Shown here: positions 1-9,767 of the stretch, in pieces
Layout: the number at the start of each line of letters is the position of its first letter
Position numbering within the stretch: the stretch's first letter is position 1
Program-made: the position numbers and the translations under genes
Notes under the pieces: model-generated
Seen by the model: only the letters and a program-made list of their open reading frames with translations
Told to the model about the DNA's origin: nothing
Database searches by the model: none
Origin: an uncultured Thermoleophilaceae bacterium
Lineage (GTDB): Bacteria > Actinomycetota > Thermoleophilia > Solirubrobacterales > Thermoleophilaceae
Assembly: GCA_963803245.1 (NCBI GenBank)
Contig: CAWDLI010000016.1
Span: 149,577-213,576, forward strand
DNA: 64,000 nucleotides
Direction: 5' to 3'

Positions 1-260
1 AGCACGGGATCGTCCAGAAGTCGGGCTCGTTCTTCTCCTACGGGGACGAGCGGCTCGGACAGGGGCGCAACAACGTGAAGGGGTACCTGCGCGAGCGCCC
101 GGACATCGCCAAGGAGATCGAGGCCAAGATCTACGAGACGCTCGGCGCCGGGTCGGCGGAGGCGGACGCTGCATTGGCCGCAGTTCCGGAGGACGAGGAG
201 GCTGTGGAAGCGGGCGCCGAGGTGGCCGCCGAGGATCCGCCACGGGAGCAGGCCGCGTAA
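1..260 (+). CDS. recA: RecA recombinase, C-terminal fragment (5' end outside window)
   Basis: Frame 3 from the window edge reads [45 protein letters not shown], the conserved RecA C-terminal region. recX follows. Confidence 0.9.
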   Translation, partial: HGIVQKSGSFFSYGDERLGQGRNNVKGYLRERPDIAKEIEAKIYETLGAGSAEADAALAAVPEDEEAVEAGAEVAAEDPPREQAA

Positions 261-278
261 AAGCGGCGCCCCTGCGGC

Positions 279-776
279 ATGGGCGACCCGGCCCCTGAGC
301 TTGCCGAGCTGGAACGGGCCCTCGCTTACGCCCACCGCGCGATCGCCCGGCGCGAGCAGACGGTGGCCCAGGTGAGGGACCTGCTGGAGCGGCGCGGGGT
401 GGAGGCGGCCACGGCGGACGCCGCCGTGGAGGAGCTGGTCAGCAGCGGTCTGGTGGACGACGCGCGGTTCGCGCGGCACTTCGCGGGCGATAAGCGCGAT
501 CTCGAGCAGTGGGGCTCCACGCGCATCGCGCGCGAGCTGGAGAAGCGCGGCATCGGGGCCGACCAGATCGCCGCGGTGGTGGGCGAGAACGACCGCCGCG
601 ACGAGCTCGACACCGCCCGCGTGCTGCTGGAGCGGCGCCTGCCGCAAGCGCCCCGGGACGACCGCGAGCGCGACCGCGCCTGGCGCCTCCTCGTGCGGCG
701 CGGCTACGAGCCCGAGCTGGCCTATGAGGCCGTGCGTGAGCACGAGCGCGCGGGCGGCGGCGTGGACGCCGCCTGA
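279..776 (+). CDS. recX: RecA regulator RecX
   Basis: 165-aa ORF directly after recA with RecX-like helical repeats (VAQVRDLLERRGV, DDARFARHFAGDKRDLEQWGSTRIARELEKRGI). Confidence 0.85.
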   Translation: MGDPAPELAELERALAYAHRAIARREQTVAQVRDLLERRGVEAATADAAVEELVSSGLVDDARFARHFAGDKRDLEQWGSTRIARELEKRGIGADQIAAVVGENDRRDELDTARVLLERRLPQAPRDDRERDRAWRLLVRRGYEPELAYEAVREHERAGGGVDAA

Positions 777-1115
777 CGCCGCCCACGGGTTGCCAGGGCA
801 CCGGAGCGTGGTTACCCTCATGTGAAGCGGCCTGGCACGGCCGCCGTGAGACCGGAACGCAGTACATGGCAACCCTTAGACAGATACGACGATCGGCGGG
901 TGGAACCCCGCGACACCTCACCGTCCAGACCCCGACGAGAACGGCTCTCAGAGCCTGTACGAGCGTTCAGGAAGGGCCGTAGGCCAGGCGCGCGCCGTCC
1001 CACGGCGCGCGGCCGAGCACTGCACGTCCATCGTCTCGCGGCGCTGAGCCGCACCGCTCGACAAATTTGAGATCGAGACCCGGCGTCCGTGCGCCGGACC
1101 AAGGAGACGTGCGAG

Positions 1116-2606
1116 ATGGAGATCGTGTTGGCTGCGCTCGTAGCAGCGGCGGTCGCGGTGGTGGTGGTCCTGTTCGTGCAGCGGCCGCGCGCGCTTGCCG
1201 CGAACGGCGGCGGGTCCGTCACTGCGCCCGAGCGGGCCGAGCCCGTGGCCGCGCCCATGGGGGCCGCCCGGCGCGACGAGCTCGAGGAGGAGCTCCTCGC
1301 GCGGCGCTCTGAGCTCGCGCGCCTGGAGGAGCGCCTGCGGGCGCGTGAGGGCACGCTCGACATCAAGGAGACCGAGCTGGCCGAGAAGGAGCGCTCGCTC
1401 GAGGACCGCCGGCGCAACCTGGACCACGGCCGCGAGGAGCTGCGCGAGTCGAAGCGGGATCAGATCCGCGAGCTCGAGCGTGTGGCAGGCCTGAGCGCGG
1501 GCCAGGCCAAGCAGATCATGATGCGCGAGCTCGAGGACGAGCTGCGCCACGACAGCGCCCGGCTCATACGCCAGGTGGAGGAGGAGGCTCGCCGCGACGC
1601 CGACAGGCGCGCCCGCAGCATCCTCGCCACGGTGATGCAGCGGCTCGCCTCCGGGCACGCCGTGGAGACCACCGTGTCCGTGGTCGAGCTCAAGTCCGAT
1701 GAGCTAAAGGGCCGGATCATCGGCCGCGAGGGCCGCAACATCCGCGCACTCGAGACGCTCACCGGTATCGACTTCATCATCGACGACACGCCGGGAGCGG
1801 TGCTGCTGTCGGGGTTCGACGGCGTGCGCCGCGAGATCGCCCGGCTCACGCTCGAGCGCCTGCTGGTGGACGGCCGCATCCACCCGGCCCGGATCGAGGA
1901 GGCCTACCAGCAGGCAAAGGGTGAGATCGACAACCACGTGGTCGAGATCGGCGAGCAGGCCGTGTTCGAGGCGAACGTGGGCTCCGTGCATCCCGAGCTG
2001 GTGAAGCTTCTCGGTCGCCTGCGCTTCCGCACGAGCTACGGCCAGAACGTGCTGGCCCACTCGGTCGAGTGCTCGCGCCTGGCCGCCATGCTCGCCGCGG
2101 AGCTGGGGGCGGACGCGCGCGTGGCCGCCAGGGCGGCGCTGCTGCACGACATCGGCAAGGCCGTGTCGCACGAGACCGAGGGCCCGCACGCGCTCGTTGG
2201 CGGGGAGCTCGCGCGCCGCTGGAAGGAGACCGAGGCCGTGGCGCACGCCATGGAGGCGCACCACAACGAGGTCGAGCCGCAGACCGTGGAGGCGGTGATC
2301 GTCCAGGTCGTGGACGCCCTCTCGGGCGCGCGGCCGGGCGCGCGAGGCGAGTCGCTCGAGCACTACGTCAAGCGGCTCCACGAGCTCGAGGAGATCGCGG
2401 GCCGGCACGCGGGCGTCGAGAAGGTCTACGCGATGCACGCAGGCCGGGAGATCCGCGTGATCGTGCAGCCCGAGCACATCGACGACGACGCGGCCGCGCT
2501 GCTGTCGCGCCAGATCGCCCGCGACGTCGAGCGAGAGCTCGAGTACCCGGGTCAGATCAAGGTCACGGTGATCCGCGAGAGCCGCGCCACCGACTACGCT
2601 CGCTGA
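1116..2606 (+). CDS. rny: Ribonuclease Y
   Basis: N-terminal TM helix, coiled coil, KH motif GRIIGREGRNIRALETLTG and HD motif LLHDIGK. I prefer ATG 1116 (AAGGAG at 1101..1106) over the track start 1089. Confidence 0.9.
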   Translation: MEIVLAALVAAAVAVVVVLFVQRPRALAANGGGSVTAPERAEPVAAPMGAARRDELEEELLARRSELARLEERLRAREGTLDIKETELAEKERSLEDRRRNLDHGREELRESKRDQIRELERVAGLSAGQAKQIMMRELEDELRHDSARLIRQVEEEARRDADRRARSILATVMQRLASGHAVETTVSVVELKSDELKGRIIGREGRNIRALETLTGIDFIIDDTPGAVLLSGFDGVRREIARLTLERLLVDGRIHPARIEEAYQQAKGEIDNHVVEIGEQAVFEANVGSVHPELVKLLGRLRFRTSYGQNVLAHSVECSRLAAMLAAELGADARVAARAALLHDIGKAVSHETEGPHALVGGELARRWKETEAVAHAMEAHHNEVEPQTVEAVIVQVVDALSGARPGARGESLEHYVKRLHELEEIAGRHAGVEKVYAMHAGREIRVIVQPEHIDDDAAALLSRQIARDVERELEYPGQIKVTVIRESRATDYAR

Positions 2607-2611
2607 CTCGC

Positions 2612-3934
2612 ATGAAGAAGTACCACCTCACCACGTTCGGGTGCCAGATGAACGAGCACGACTCCGAGCGGATGAAGGGCATGCTCGACTCGCTCGGGTA
2701 CGCGGAGGTGGACGAGCGCGCCGCCGCAGACCTGATCCTCTTCAACACCTGCTCCATCCGCGAGAAGGCGGACACCCGGCTGGTGGGCCACCTCGGCGAG
2801 GCCAAGCGCCTCAAGACCGAGGACCCCAGTCGCGTGGTGGGGGTCGGCGGCTGCTGGTCGCAGTCGGTGAAGGAGGGAGTGTTCGAGCTCTTCCCGTTCG
2901 TGGACGTTGCGTTCGGGCCCGGGCAGGTGCACAGGCTGGCCGAGTTCCTCACGAGCGACAGCCTGAGCGCCCAGGGTTACTTCGAGTTCGAGGGCTTCAC
3001 CGGGCACCTCCCGATGAAGCGCGGTCGCGAGTTCCAGGCCTGGGTCCAGATCTCGGTGGGCTGCAACTGCGCGTGCTCCTACTGCATCGTGCCCTCCACG
3101 CGAGGGCGCGAGGTCTCGCGCCCGCTCGCGGAGCTCCGGGCCGAGGTGGAGCGGCTTGCCGCCGACGGCGTTCGCGAGGTCACGCTCCTCGGCCAGAACG
3201 TCTGCTCCTACGGACGCGACCTGCCACGGGGAGAGAAGGCGACCTTCGCCGAGCTGCTCGCGGAGGTGGACGCCGTGGAGGGCATCGGGCGGATCCGCTA
3301 CACGAGCCCGCACCCGAAGGACATCCGCGAGGACGTGATCAGCGCGCACGTGGAGCTGCCCTCGGTGTGCGAGCACATCCATCTGCCGCTCCAGTCGGGC
3401 TCGACGCGGATCCTCAAAGCGATGCGCCGCACCTACGGCCGCGAGCGCTACCTCGACCGGGTGGCCATGATCCGTGAGCGGGCACCCGACTGCTCGCTCA
3501 GCACGGACATCATCGTGGGCTTCCCCGGCGAGACCGACGAGGACTTCGAGGAGACGATGGCGGTGGTGGACGAGGTGCGCTTCGACTCCGCGTTCACCTT
3601 CGCGTTCTCCCCGCGGCGCGGCACCGAGGCGGCCACGCTCGGCGGACAGGTGGCGCATGACGTGAAGGGCGAGCGCATGGAGAGGCTCGTCGACACGGTC
3701 CAGCGCCACGCCACAGAGCGCGCGCAGCGGTTCGTTGGGCGCACCATGGAGGTGCTCGTGGAGGGACCCTCGCGGAACGACGCCGCGCGGCTGCGCGGGC
3801 GCACCCGGCACAACAAGACCGTGAACTTCGCCGGCCTGGCAGAGCCGGGGGAGCTTGCGCAGGTGGAGATCGCCTCGGCCACGAGCACCACGCTCGCGGG
3901 CGAAGAGGCGTTGCTCGCCCGCCTCGCCGGCTGA
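2612..3934 (+). CDS. miaB: tRNA-i6A37 methylthiotransferase MiaB
   Basis: MKKYHLTTFGCQMNEHDSE N-terminus, radical-SAM CNCACSYC motif and a TRAM-like C-terminus. The 2069..2611 part of the track ORF overlaps rny and is not coding. Confidence 0.9.
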   Translation: MKKYHLTTFGCQMNEHDSERMKGMLDSLGYAEVDERAAADLILFNTCSIREKADTRLVGHLGEAKRLKTEDPSRVVGVGGCWSQSVKEGVFELFPFVDVAFGPGQVHRLAEFLTSDSLSAQGYFEFEGFTGHLPMKRGREFQAWVQISVGCNCACSYCIVPSTRGREVSRPLAELRAEVERLAADGVREVTLLGQNVCSYGRDLPRGEKATFAELLAEVDAVEGIGRIRYTSPHPKDIREDVISAHVELPSVCEHIHLPLQSGSTRILKAMRRTYGRERYLDRVAMIRERAPDCSLSTDIIVGFPGETDEDFEETMAVVDEVRFDSAFTFAFSPRRGTEAATLGGQVAHDVKGERMERLVDTVQRHATERAQRFVGRTMEVLVEGPSRNDAARLRGRTRHNKTVNFAGLAEPGELAQVEIASATSTTLAGEEALLARLAG

Positions 3935-3944
3935 TCCCCGCGAG

Positions 3945-4769
3945 CTAGCGGGGCAGCACGCGCTCGAGCTCTCGCAGCGCCGCGCGCGCGGCCAGCAGCC
4001 CGTCGCCCTCCCACCAGAGGCGATCGTCGATCACGATCGCCTTGGTGAGCCCGAGCCGGGCCAGCGAGGTGTGGACACCCGGCGCGTGTGAGACGAGGAC
4101 CACGTCCGCGCCCTCGCGCTCCCCGGCGGGCACGAGTCCGGCGTCGAGGAGCACCTTGCCCGGGAACGCCTCGGGCCGTGCCACGCGCAGGCCACCGCGC
4201 ACGATCCTCACCACGGCCACGCGCGTGCCCTCGGCCGACCGCAGCCGTCCGCGAGCCCGCGCAGCCGTGCGGTCCCAGCGCTTGAGGAGGGCCTCGGCGT
4301 CATTGGTCCTGCCGAGCGCCTCGCCGAACAGGCGCAGGTCGAGCTTCCAATTTGCCGCGATGCCTCCCTCGCTGAACACCGTAGGAGCGATCTTGCTCAG
4401 TCGCTCCCAGAGGCGGCCGTGGACGGCCTTGTTCCCGAGGATCACGTCCGGATCGATCAACTTGACGCGCAGCAGGTGCGCGCCCAGGAGCGCGCGGCCC
4501 ACCTCAACGCCGTCGCGGCGCAGGTAGGCCGGGGCCCGGCCGCCGGGCAGCAGTGCGGCCACGGGCCGGTCGCCCAGTGCCAGGATCGCGTCGAGGGCCC
4601 CGTCGCTCAGCGCCAGCGGGCGGTCGGCCTGGCCGGGAACCTTGCTCTCGCCGCTCGCGTGGGCGACCTTGAGCGGCTTGGCGTTCTCGCGCTCCTCGTC
4701 GAAGCCGCTGCCGCAGCCCGCCGCGAGCAGGGCGGTGGCCGCGAGGAGGGCTTGAAGGCGACGGGACAT
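3945..4769 (-). CDS. ABC-transporter periplasmic substrate-binding lipoprotein (FecB/BtuF-like)
   Basis: Start MSRRLQALLAATALLAAGC carries a lipobox. The rest resembles iron-siderophore/cobalamin type binding proteins. It is a lone gene on the opposite strand between miaB and miaA. Confidence 0.6.
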   Translation of the reverse strand: MSRRLQALLAATALLAAGCGSGFDEERENAKPLKVAHASGESKVPGQADRPLALSDGALDAILALGDRPVAALLPGGRAPAYLRRDGVEVGRALLGAHLLRVKLIDPDVILGNKAVHGRLWERLSKIAPTVFSEGGIAANWKLDLRLFGEALGRTNDAEALLKRWDRTAARARGRLRSAEGTRVAVVRIVRGGLRVARPEAFPGKVLLDAGLVPAGEREGADVVLVSHAPGVHTSLARLGLTKAIVIDDRLWWEGDGLLAARAALRELERVLPR

Positions 4770-4812
4770 CGTCCGTATTCCTAGTGCATCGGGGCGTGGC
4801 CATACTGGGCGC

Positions 4813-5715
4813 GTGGACGTGATCGCCCTGTTCGGGCCCACCGGGGTGGGCAAGACCGCGGTCGCCATCGCGCTGGCCGAGCGGCTTCGGGCGTCGGGCG
4901 AGGACCCGGTGGCGGTGTCGGCGGATGCGTTGCAGGTCTATCGGGGACTGGAGTTGCTCAGCGGCGCCGCGGACGCGCGGGAGCAGGCGCGGCTCGAGCA
5001 CCGGCTGCTCTCGTTCGTGCCGGTCGGCGACACCTTCTCCGCCGGGGCCTTCGCCGAGCGGGCGCGGCCCGAGATCGACGCTGCGCTGGCCGCGAGCCGG
5101 CGTCCGCTCGTGGTGGGCGGCACCGGTCTCTACCTCCAGGCGGCGCTGACGGACCTCGAGCTGCGGCCGCCGCCGGAGGACGGCATCCGGCGGCGCCTCG
5201 AAGCCGATCTGGCCGCGCGTGGCGCTGCGGCCCTCCATGCGGACCTCGTCGCGCGCGACGCGCGCGCGGGCGGGGCGATCGAGCCCGGCGACCGCACCCG
5301 GGTCCTCCGCGCTCTCGAGCTGCTGGAGATGGGTGAGGACCCTGCGCCCTCCGGGGAGCGGTCCGAGCTCTGGACCGCTCGTCTGCGCCACCCCACGGTC
5401 CTGTGCGGCCTCGTGATGGACCGGGAGGTCCTGTACGAGCGGATCGACGAGCGGGTGGAGGCGATGGTCGCGGCGGGCGCGGCCGAGGAGGTCCGGCGCG
5501 CCGACGCCGCCGGCGCGTCGCGCACCGCCCGCGCCGCGCTCGGCTTCGAGGAGCTGCTGGCCGGCGACGTCGAGGCGATGAAGCGGCGCACGCGCAACTA
5601 CGCGAAACGCCAGCTCACGTGGATGCGGCGGCTCCCGGCCGTTCACACGATCGACGTGACGAGCCGCGACGCCGACGGCGCCGCCGCCGAGATCGAGCGA
5701 CTCGCCCGTGGGTAG
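4813..5715 (+). CDS. miaA: tRNA dimethylallyltransferase MiaA
   Basis: P-loop FGPTGVGKTAVAIALAERL and overall MiaA-like sequence. Sits in the miaA-dapF-hflX synteny. Confidence 0.9.
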   Translation: MDVIALFGPTGVGKTAVAIALAERLRASGEDPVAVSADALQVYRGLELLSGAADAREQARLEHRLLSFVPVGDTFSAGAFAERARPEIDAALAASRRPLVVGGTGLYLQAALTDLELRPPPEDGIRRRLEADLAARGAAALHADLVARDARAGGAIEPGDRTRVLRALELLEMGEDPAPSGERSELWTARLRHPTVLCGLVMDREVLYERIDERVEAMVAAGAAEEVRRADAAGASRTARAALGFEELLAGDVEAMKRRTRNYAKRQLTWMRRLPAVHTIDVTSRDADGAAAEIERLARG

Positions 5716-5726
5716 AGTGCCGCGCC

Positions 5727-6575
5727 GTGCGCTTCGAGAAATGGCAGGCGCTCGGCAACGACTACGTGATCGTGGACGAGAACGAGCTTCCCTTTCCCCT
5801 GACCCCGGGTCGGGTGCGCGCGCTGTGCGCGCCCCACACCGGGATCGGCTCGGACGGCATCCTCCTCCTCAGCCGCGACGACGAGCCCGGCTACGCGGCG
5901 AGCCTGCGGATCTTCAATCCCGACGGCTCGGAGTCCGAGCTCTCGGGCAACGGCGTGCGCGAGGCGGTGCTCTACCTGCGCCGCAACGGCTGGGTCGACG
6001 AGGACAGCTTCTCGGTACGCACCGCGGCGGGCGAGATACGCCCGCGCATCACAGGGCCCGACACCTGCACCGTCGGCATGGGAACCGCCCAGCTCCGCTC
6101 CGAGCGCGACTTTCCCAGCGGCGGTGAGGACGGCACGGGCGTGATCGAAGCGGACGACAGGGAGTTCGCCTTCCGGTTCGTGCAGGTGGGCAACCCGCAG
6201 TGCTCGATCGAGCTGGAGGAGGGTCTGGAGGACCTGGACCTCGCGCGCTACGGCGCCCCGATCGAGCGGCACGAGTGGTTCCCGCGGCGCACGAACGTCT
6301 CGTTCTGGACGCGGACGGGCGAGCACGAGATCCGTGCGCGCATCTTCGAGCGCGGGGTGGGGGAGACCATGTCCTCGGGCACGGGGGCCTCCGGCGCCGC
6401 CGTGGCCGCTGTCCTGGGCGGCTTGGAGAGCCCCGTGACGGTGCTGCTCGACGGCGGCCGGCTCGAGGTGGAGGTGGGCGAGGACATGCAGGTGAACCTG
6501 ACGGGCTGGGCGGTGCCGGTGTACCGCGGCGAGCTGAGCGACGAGCTGGTGGGGGCCATCCGTGAGATCGAGTAA
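5727..6575 (+). CDS. dapF: Diaminopimelate epimerase homologue with Ser at both catalytic Cys positions (S73, S217)
   Basis: GTG 5727. Carries the DapF motifs GNDY, IFNPDGSE, VGNPQC and FERGVGET. It reads LSGNG (TCG 5943..5945) and SSGTG (TCG 6375..6377) where DapF has CGNG and CG(S/T)G. Confidence 0.85.
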   Translation: MRFEKWQALGNDYVIVDENELPFPLTPGRVRALCAPHTGIGSDGILLLSRDDEPGYAASLRIFNPDGSESELSGNGVREAVLYLRRNGWVDEDSFSVRTAAGEIRPRITGPDTCTVGMGTAQLRSERDFPSGGEDGTGVIEADDREFAFRFVQVGNPQCSIELEEGLEDLDLARYGAPIERHEWFPRRTNVSFWTRTGEHEIRARIFERGVGETMSSGTGASGAAVAAVLGGLESPVTVLLDGGRLEVEVGEDMQVNLTGWAVPVYRGELSDELVGAIREIE

Positions 6576-7719
6576 ACGCCTGGAGCTGCTGCCGCCGTAC
6601 CTGTTCGCCGAGCTGGAGCGCAAGATCACGGCGAAGAAGGCCGCCGGCGTCGACGTGATCAGCCTCGGCATCGGCGACCCGGACACGCCGACGCCACCCG
6701 AGGTGGTGGCCGCGCTCGCGCGAGCGGCGTCCGACCCCGGCACCCACCAGTACCCGTCGAACCGCGGGCGCCCGGAGCTGCGCGAGTCGCTCGCGCGCTT
6801 CTACGCGCGGCGCTTCGGCGTGGAGCTCGACCCGGCCTCCGAGATCGTGCCGGCCCTGGGCGCCAAGGAGGCGGTCTTCAACCTCAACCTCGCGTTCCTG
6901 GACCCCGGTGACGCCGCGCTTGCCGCGGATCCCGGCTATCCCGTCTACACCGGCGGACCGCTGCTGGCGGGCGGCGAGGCCGTGCTGATGCCGCTGCTGC
7001 CCGAGCGCGGCTTCGCTCCCGACCTGGAGGCGGTGGCGCCGGCGGACCGCGGCCGTGCCCGCCTGATGTTCCTCAACTATCCGAACAACCCGACCGGTGC
7101 GGTCGTGCCCGACGGGCTCTTCGAGGAGGCGGTCGAGTTCGGACACCGCCACGACGTGCTGATCGTGCACGACGCGTCCTACACGGAGACGACCTTCGAC
7201 GGCTACGTGGCCCCGAGCTTCCTCGAGACGCCGGGGGCGCGCGAGGTGGGCATCGAGGTGTTCTCGCTCTCCAAGGGCTGGAACATGACCGGCTGGCGCA
7301 CCGCGGCGGTGGTGGGGAACGCGGAGGCGGTCGAGGCCTACTGGCGGCTGAAGACGAACATCGACTCGGGCATGTTCGAGGCGGTTCAGCTGGCCGCGGC
7401 GGCCGCGCTCGAGGCCGGCCCGCCGGCCGGGATGACCGAGGTGTACGCCCGCCGCCGCGACCTCGTGTGCGGGGCGCTCGCGGAGATCGGCGTGGACGTC
7501 ACGCCCCCGCGCGGCACGATCTACGTCTGGGCGCCGGTGCCGGCAGGGCACGACTCCGCCTCGTTCTGCGAGCTGGTGCTCGAGGAGTCCGGGGTGGTGG
7601 TCTCCCCGGGCGGCGCCTACGGCCCGAACGGAGAGGGGTTCTTCCGGATCTCGCTCACCGTGCCGGACGAGCGCCTGGCCGAGGCCGTGGACCGGCTCCG
7701 ATCGAACATGGGGGGCTGA
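6562..7719 (+). CDS. dapL: PLP aminotransferase, LL-diaminopimelate aminotransferase-like
   Basis: LPPYLFAELERKI N-terminus, GDPD motif and PLP-lysine motif SLSKGWNMTGWR. Overlaps the dapF 3' end by 14 nt. Confidence 0.65.
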   Translation: MRSSKRLELLPPYLFAELERKITAKKAAGVDVISLGIGDPDTPTPPEVVAALARAASDPGTHQYPSNRGRPELRESLARFYARRFGVELDPASEIVPALGAKEAVFNLNLAFLDPGDAALAADPGYPVYTGGPLLAGGEAVLMPLLPERGFAPDLEAVAPADRGRARLMFLNYPNNPTGAVVPDGLFEEAVEFGHRHDVLIVHDASYTETTFDGYVAPSFLETPGAREVGIEVFSLSKGWNMTGWRTAAVVGNAEAVEAYWRLKTNIDSGMFEAVQLAAAAALEAGPPAGMTEVYARRRDLVCGALAEIGVDVTPPRGTIYVWAPVPAGHDSASFCELVLEESGVVVSPGGAYGPNGEGFFRISLTVPDERLAEAVDRLRSNMGG

Positions 7720-7723
7720 GGCG

Positions 7724-8437
7724 GTGCACTACTGCGGCGTCGTGCCGCTCCAGGGCGCACTCCAGCTGGCGGTGCTCGAGGAAGTGCGCACGGCCGAGCC
7801 GCCGATCCGGCTGAGCGCGCTGTTCTTCGAGCCGGGTAACGCCGAGCAGGTGGCTGCGGAGCTCCGCGCCCTGAGCGACGTGGTGCTTGCGATCGGCGCC
7901 CCGCTCTCGAGCACCGGCGACGGCACGCCGCGGGCCACCGACACGTTGCTCGCCGCACGCGGCGTGACACCCCAGGCGCCCAACGCCGAGCTGGTGCGCC
8001 TGGCAGGCCTCCTCGACGGCATGGCGGTCTATCGCCCAGAGGAGCACGCCGAGGAGAGCGGTCCCGTCGGCGAGGGCGCCTACCGGGCGTTTCCGCTCTT
8101 CGAGACGAACGCCGACGGCGTCTTCTGCTCCCTCCAGGGCCGGAGGCTCCCGGCCAAGCGCCACCCGCTGGGCATGCAGCTGCGCATCGGCGAGCTCGCG
8201 GGCGACCACGTGGTCGACGAGGGCGGCGACCTCTGGCATCGCCGGATCGAGGAGCTGGACGCCGCGGCCTGCGCCCTCTGCGCCCACCGCTATGCCGTCG
8301 GGCACGCTTCGTGGGTGGGAGCGCCGGAGGACGGGGTGATCGTCCTGCCCGGCTCCTCGCTGCCCAACGAGTTCCCACGGGCGGGCGTGCTGCCCCCGGT
8401 GGAGCGCCTCCAGCTGCCACCCGTCACGCACGCCTAG
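7724..8437 (+). CDS. Conserved hypothetical protein, DUF429-like (predicted RNase H fold)
   Basis: Starts 4 nt after dapL. The motif pattern AIGAPLS, R..D.LL, FETNADG and ELDAAACAL resembles DUF429 as I recall it. The function is unknown. Confidence 0.45.
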   Translation: MHYCGVVPLQGALQLAVLEEVRTAEPPIRLSALFFEPGNAEQVAAELRALSDVVLAIGAPLSSTGDGTPRATDTLLAARGVTPQAPNAELVRLAGLLDGMAVYRPEEHAEESGPVGEGAYRAFPLFETNADGVFCSLQGRRLPAKRHPLGMQLRIGELAGDHVVDEGGDLWHRRIEELDAAACALCAHRYAVGHASWVGAPEDGVIVLPGSSLPNEFPRAGVLPPVERLQLPPVTHA

Positions 8438-8447
8438 ACTTGAAGAG

Positions 8448-9767
8448 ATGGATCGAGGCCGCAACGGCCGCAACAGCGAGACTCGCTACGGCGAGGGCAT
8501 CCGCAATCGCAGGGCGCGCCAGCGCGCGTTCCTGATCGGCGTCACCCCCGGCGAACCGGACCTGAGCGAGCTTCGCGAGCTCCTGCGCACGGCCGGCGTG
8601 GCGGTGGCGGGGGAGATGGTGCAGCGCCGCGAGCGCCCCGATCCGGACCGCTACCTCGGGCGCGGCAAGCTGGAGGAGGTCAAGGCCGCCGTGAAGGAGT
8701 CGGGCGCCAACCTCGTGGCGTGCGACGACGAGCTGCTGCCGCGCCAGGAGCGCAACCTCGAGCAGGAGCTCGACGTGCCGGTGATCGACCGCACGGCGAT
8801 CATCCTCGACATCTTTGCCGACCATGCCGGGTCGGCCGAGGGCAAGCTCCAGGTCGAGCTCGCACAGCTCGAGTACAACCTCGCGCGCATGCGCGGGCTC
8901 TGGACGCACCTCGAGCGGCTCGGAGCCGGCCGTATGGACGGCGGCATCGGCACGCGCGGACCGGGCGAGTCCCAGATCGAGACGGACCGCCGGCTGGCGC
9001 GCGACAGGATCTCGCAGCTGCGTCGCCGGCTGCTCCGCACCAAGGCGTCCCGCGGCACGATGCGCCAGGAGCGCGAGCGCGCCGGCCTTCCGACGGTGGC
9101 GCTCGCCGGCTATACGAACGCGGGCAAGTCCACGCTCCTGAACGCGCTGACGGGCGCGGACGTGGGGGTGCGCGAACGCCTCTTCCACACGCTCGACCCC
9201 GCCACCCGCTCCTTCGAGATCGCCGGCCGCACCTACCTGCTCACGGACACGGTCGGCTTCATCCGGAAGCTGCCGCATCAGCTCGTGGAGGCGTTCTCGG
9301 CCACGCTCGAAGAGGCGCTCGGCGCCGACCTCATCGTCCACGTGGCGGACGCGTCGGTGGGGGAGGCCGAGCTGCACGAGATGCTCGCCGCCGTGGACGA
9401 CGTGCTCGACGAGATCGGCGCGGGCGACCGGCCGCGCGTGCTGGTCCTGAACAAGGTCGACCTCCTGGACGACGAGCAGCGCCGTGAGCTGTCGTTCCGC
9501 TTCCCCAAGGCGGTGCAGGTGTCGGCCGCCCAGGGCGAGGGCCTCGAGGGCCTGCGCCACGCGGTCGAGGCGCACTTCCTCAGCAGCCTGCTGCCCATGG
9601 AGCTGCTCGTGCCCTACTCGGAGGGCGGCAGCCTTTCGGAGCTGCACGAGCTCGCCGGGGACCTCGAGCGTGAGGACACCCCGGCCGGCGTGCTCGTCAA
9701 GGCACGCGTGCCGGCCGCCGCGGTGCAGCGGTTCGAGCGCTTCGCGCTCAACGGGCGCCAGGCGTGA
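8448..9767 (+). CDS. hflX: GTPase HflX
   Basis: HflX N-domain ([26 protein letters not shown]) and G motifs [14 protein letters not shown] and NKVD. Confidence 0.9.
   Translation: MDRGRNGRNSETRYGEGIRNRRARQRAFLIGVTPGEPDLSELRELLRTAGVAVAGEMVQRRERPDPDRYLGRGKLEEVKAAVKESGANLVACDDELLPRQERNLEQELDVPVIDRTAIILDIFADHAGSAEGKLQVELAQLEYNLARMRGLWTHLERLGAGRMDGGIGTRGPGESQIETDRRLARDRISQLRRRLLRTKASRGTMRQERERAGLPTVALAGYTNAGKSTLLNALTGADVGVRERLFHTLDPATRSFEIAGRTYLLTDTVGFIRKLPHQLVEAFSATLEEALGADLIVHVADASVGEAELHEMLAAVDDVLDEIGAGDRPRVLVLNKVDLLDDEQRRELSFRFPKAVQVSAAQGEGLEGLRHAVEAHFLSSLLPMELLVPYSEGGSLSELHELAGDLEREDTPAGVLVKARVPAAAVQRFERFALNGRQA

Noticed and set aside
822-1070. 82-aa ORF in the recX-rny spacer
   Set aside because: It has many A/T-ending codons, unlike the surrounding genes. 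It is basic and low-complexity. I treated it as non-coding leader sequence.
2069-2611. N-terminal extensions of track ORFs. Examples are miaB from 2069, dapF from 5403, gatD to 13696, dxr to 59803, the LLM gene from 57782 and the RsiG-like ORF to 48300.
   Set aside because: The extensions overlap the preceding gene in another frame and are Arg/Gly-rich. Conserved family N-termini begin at internal ATG or GTG codons, often with 4-nt overlaps.
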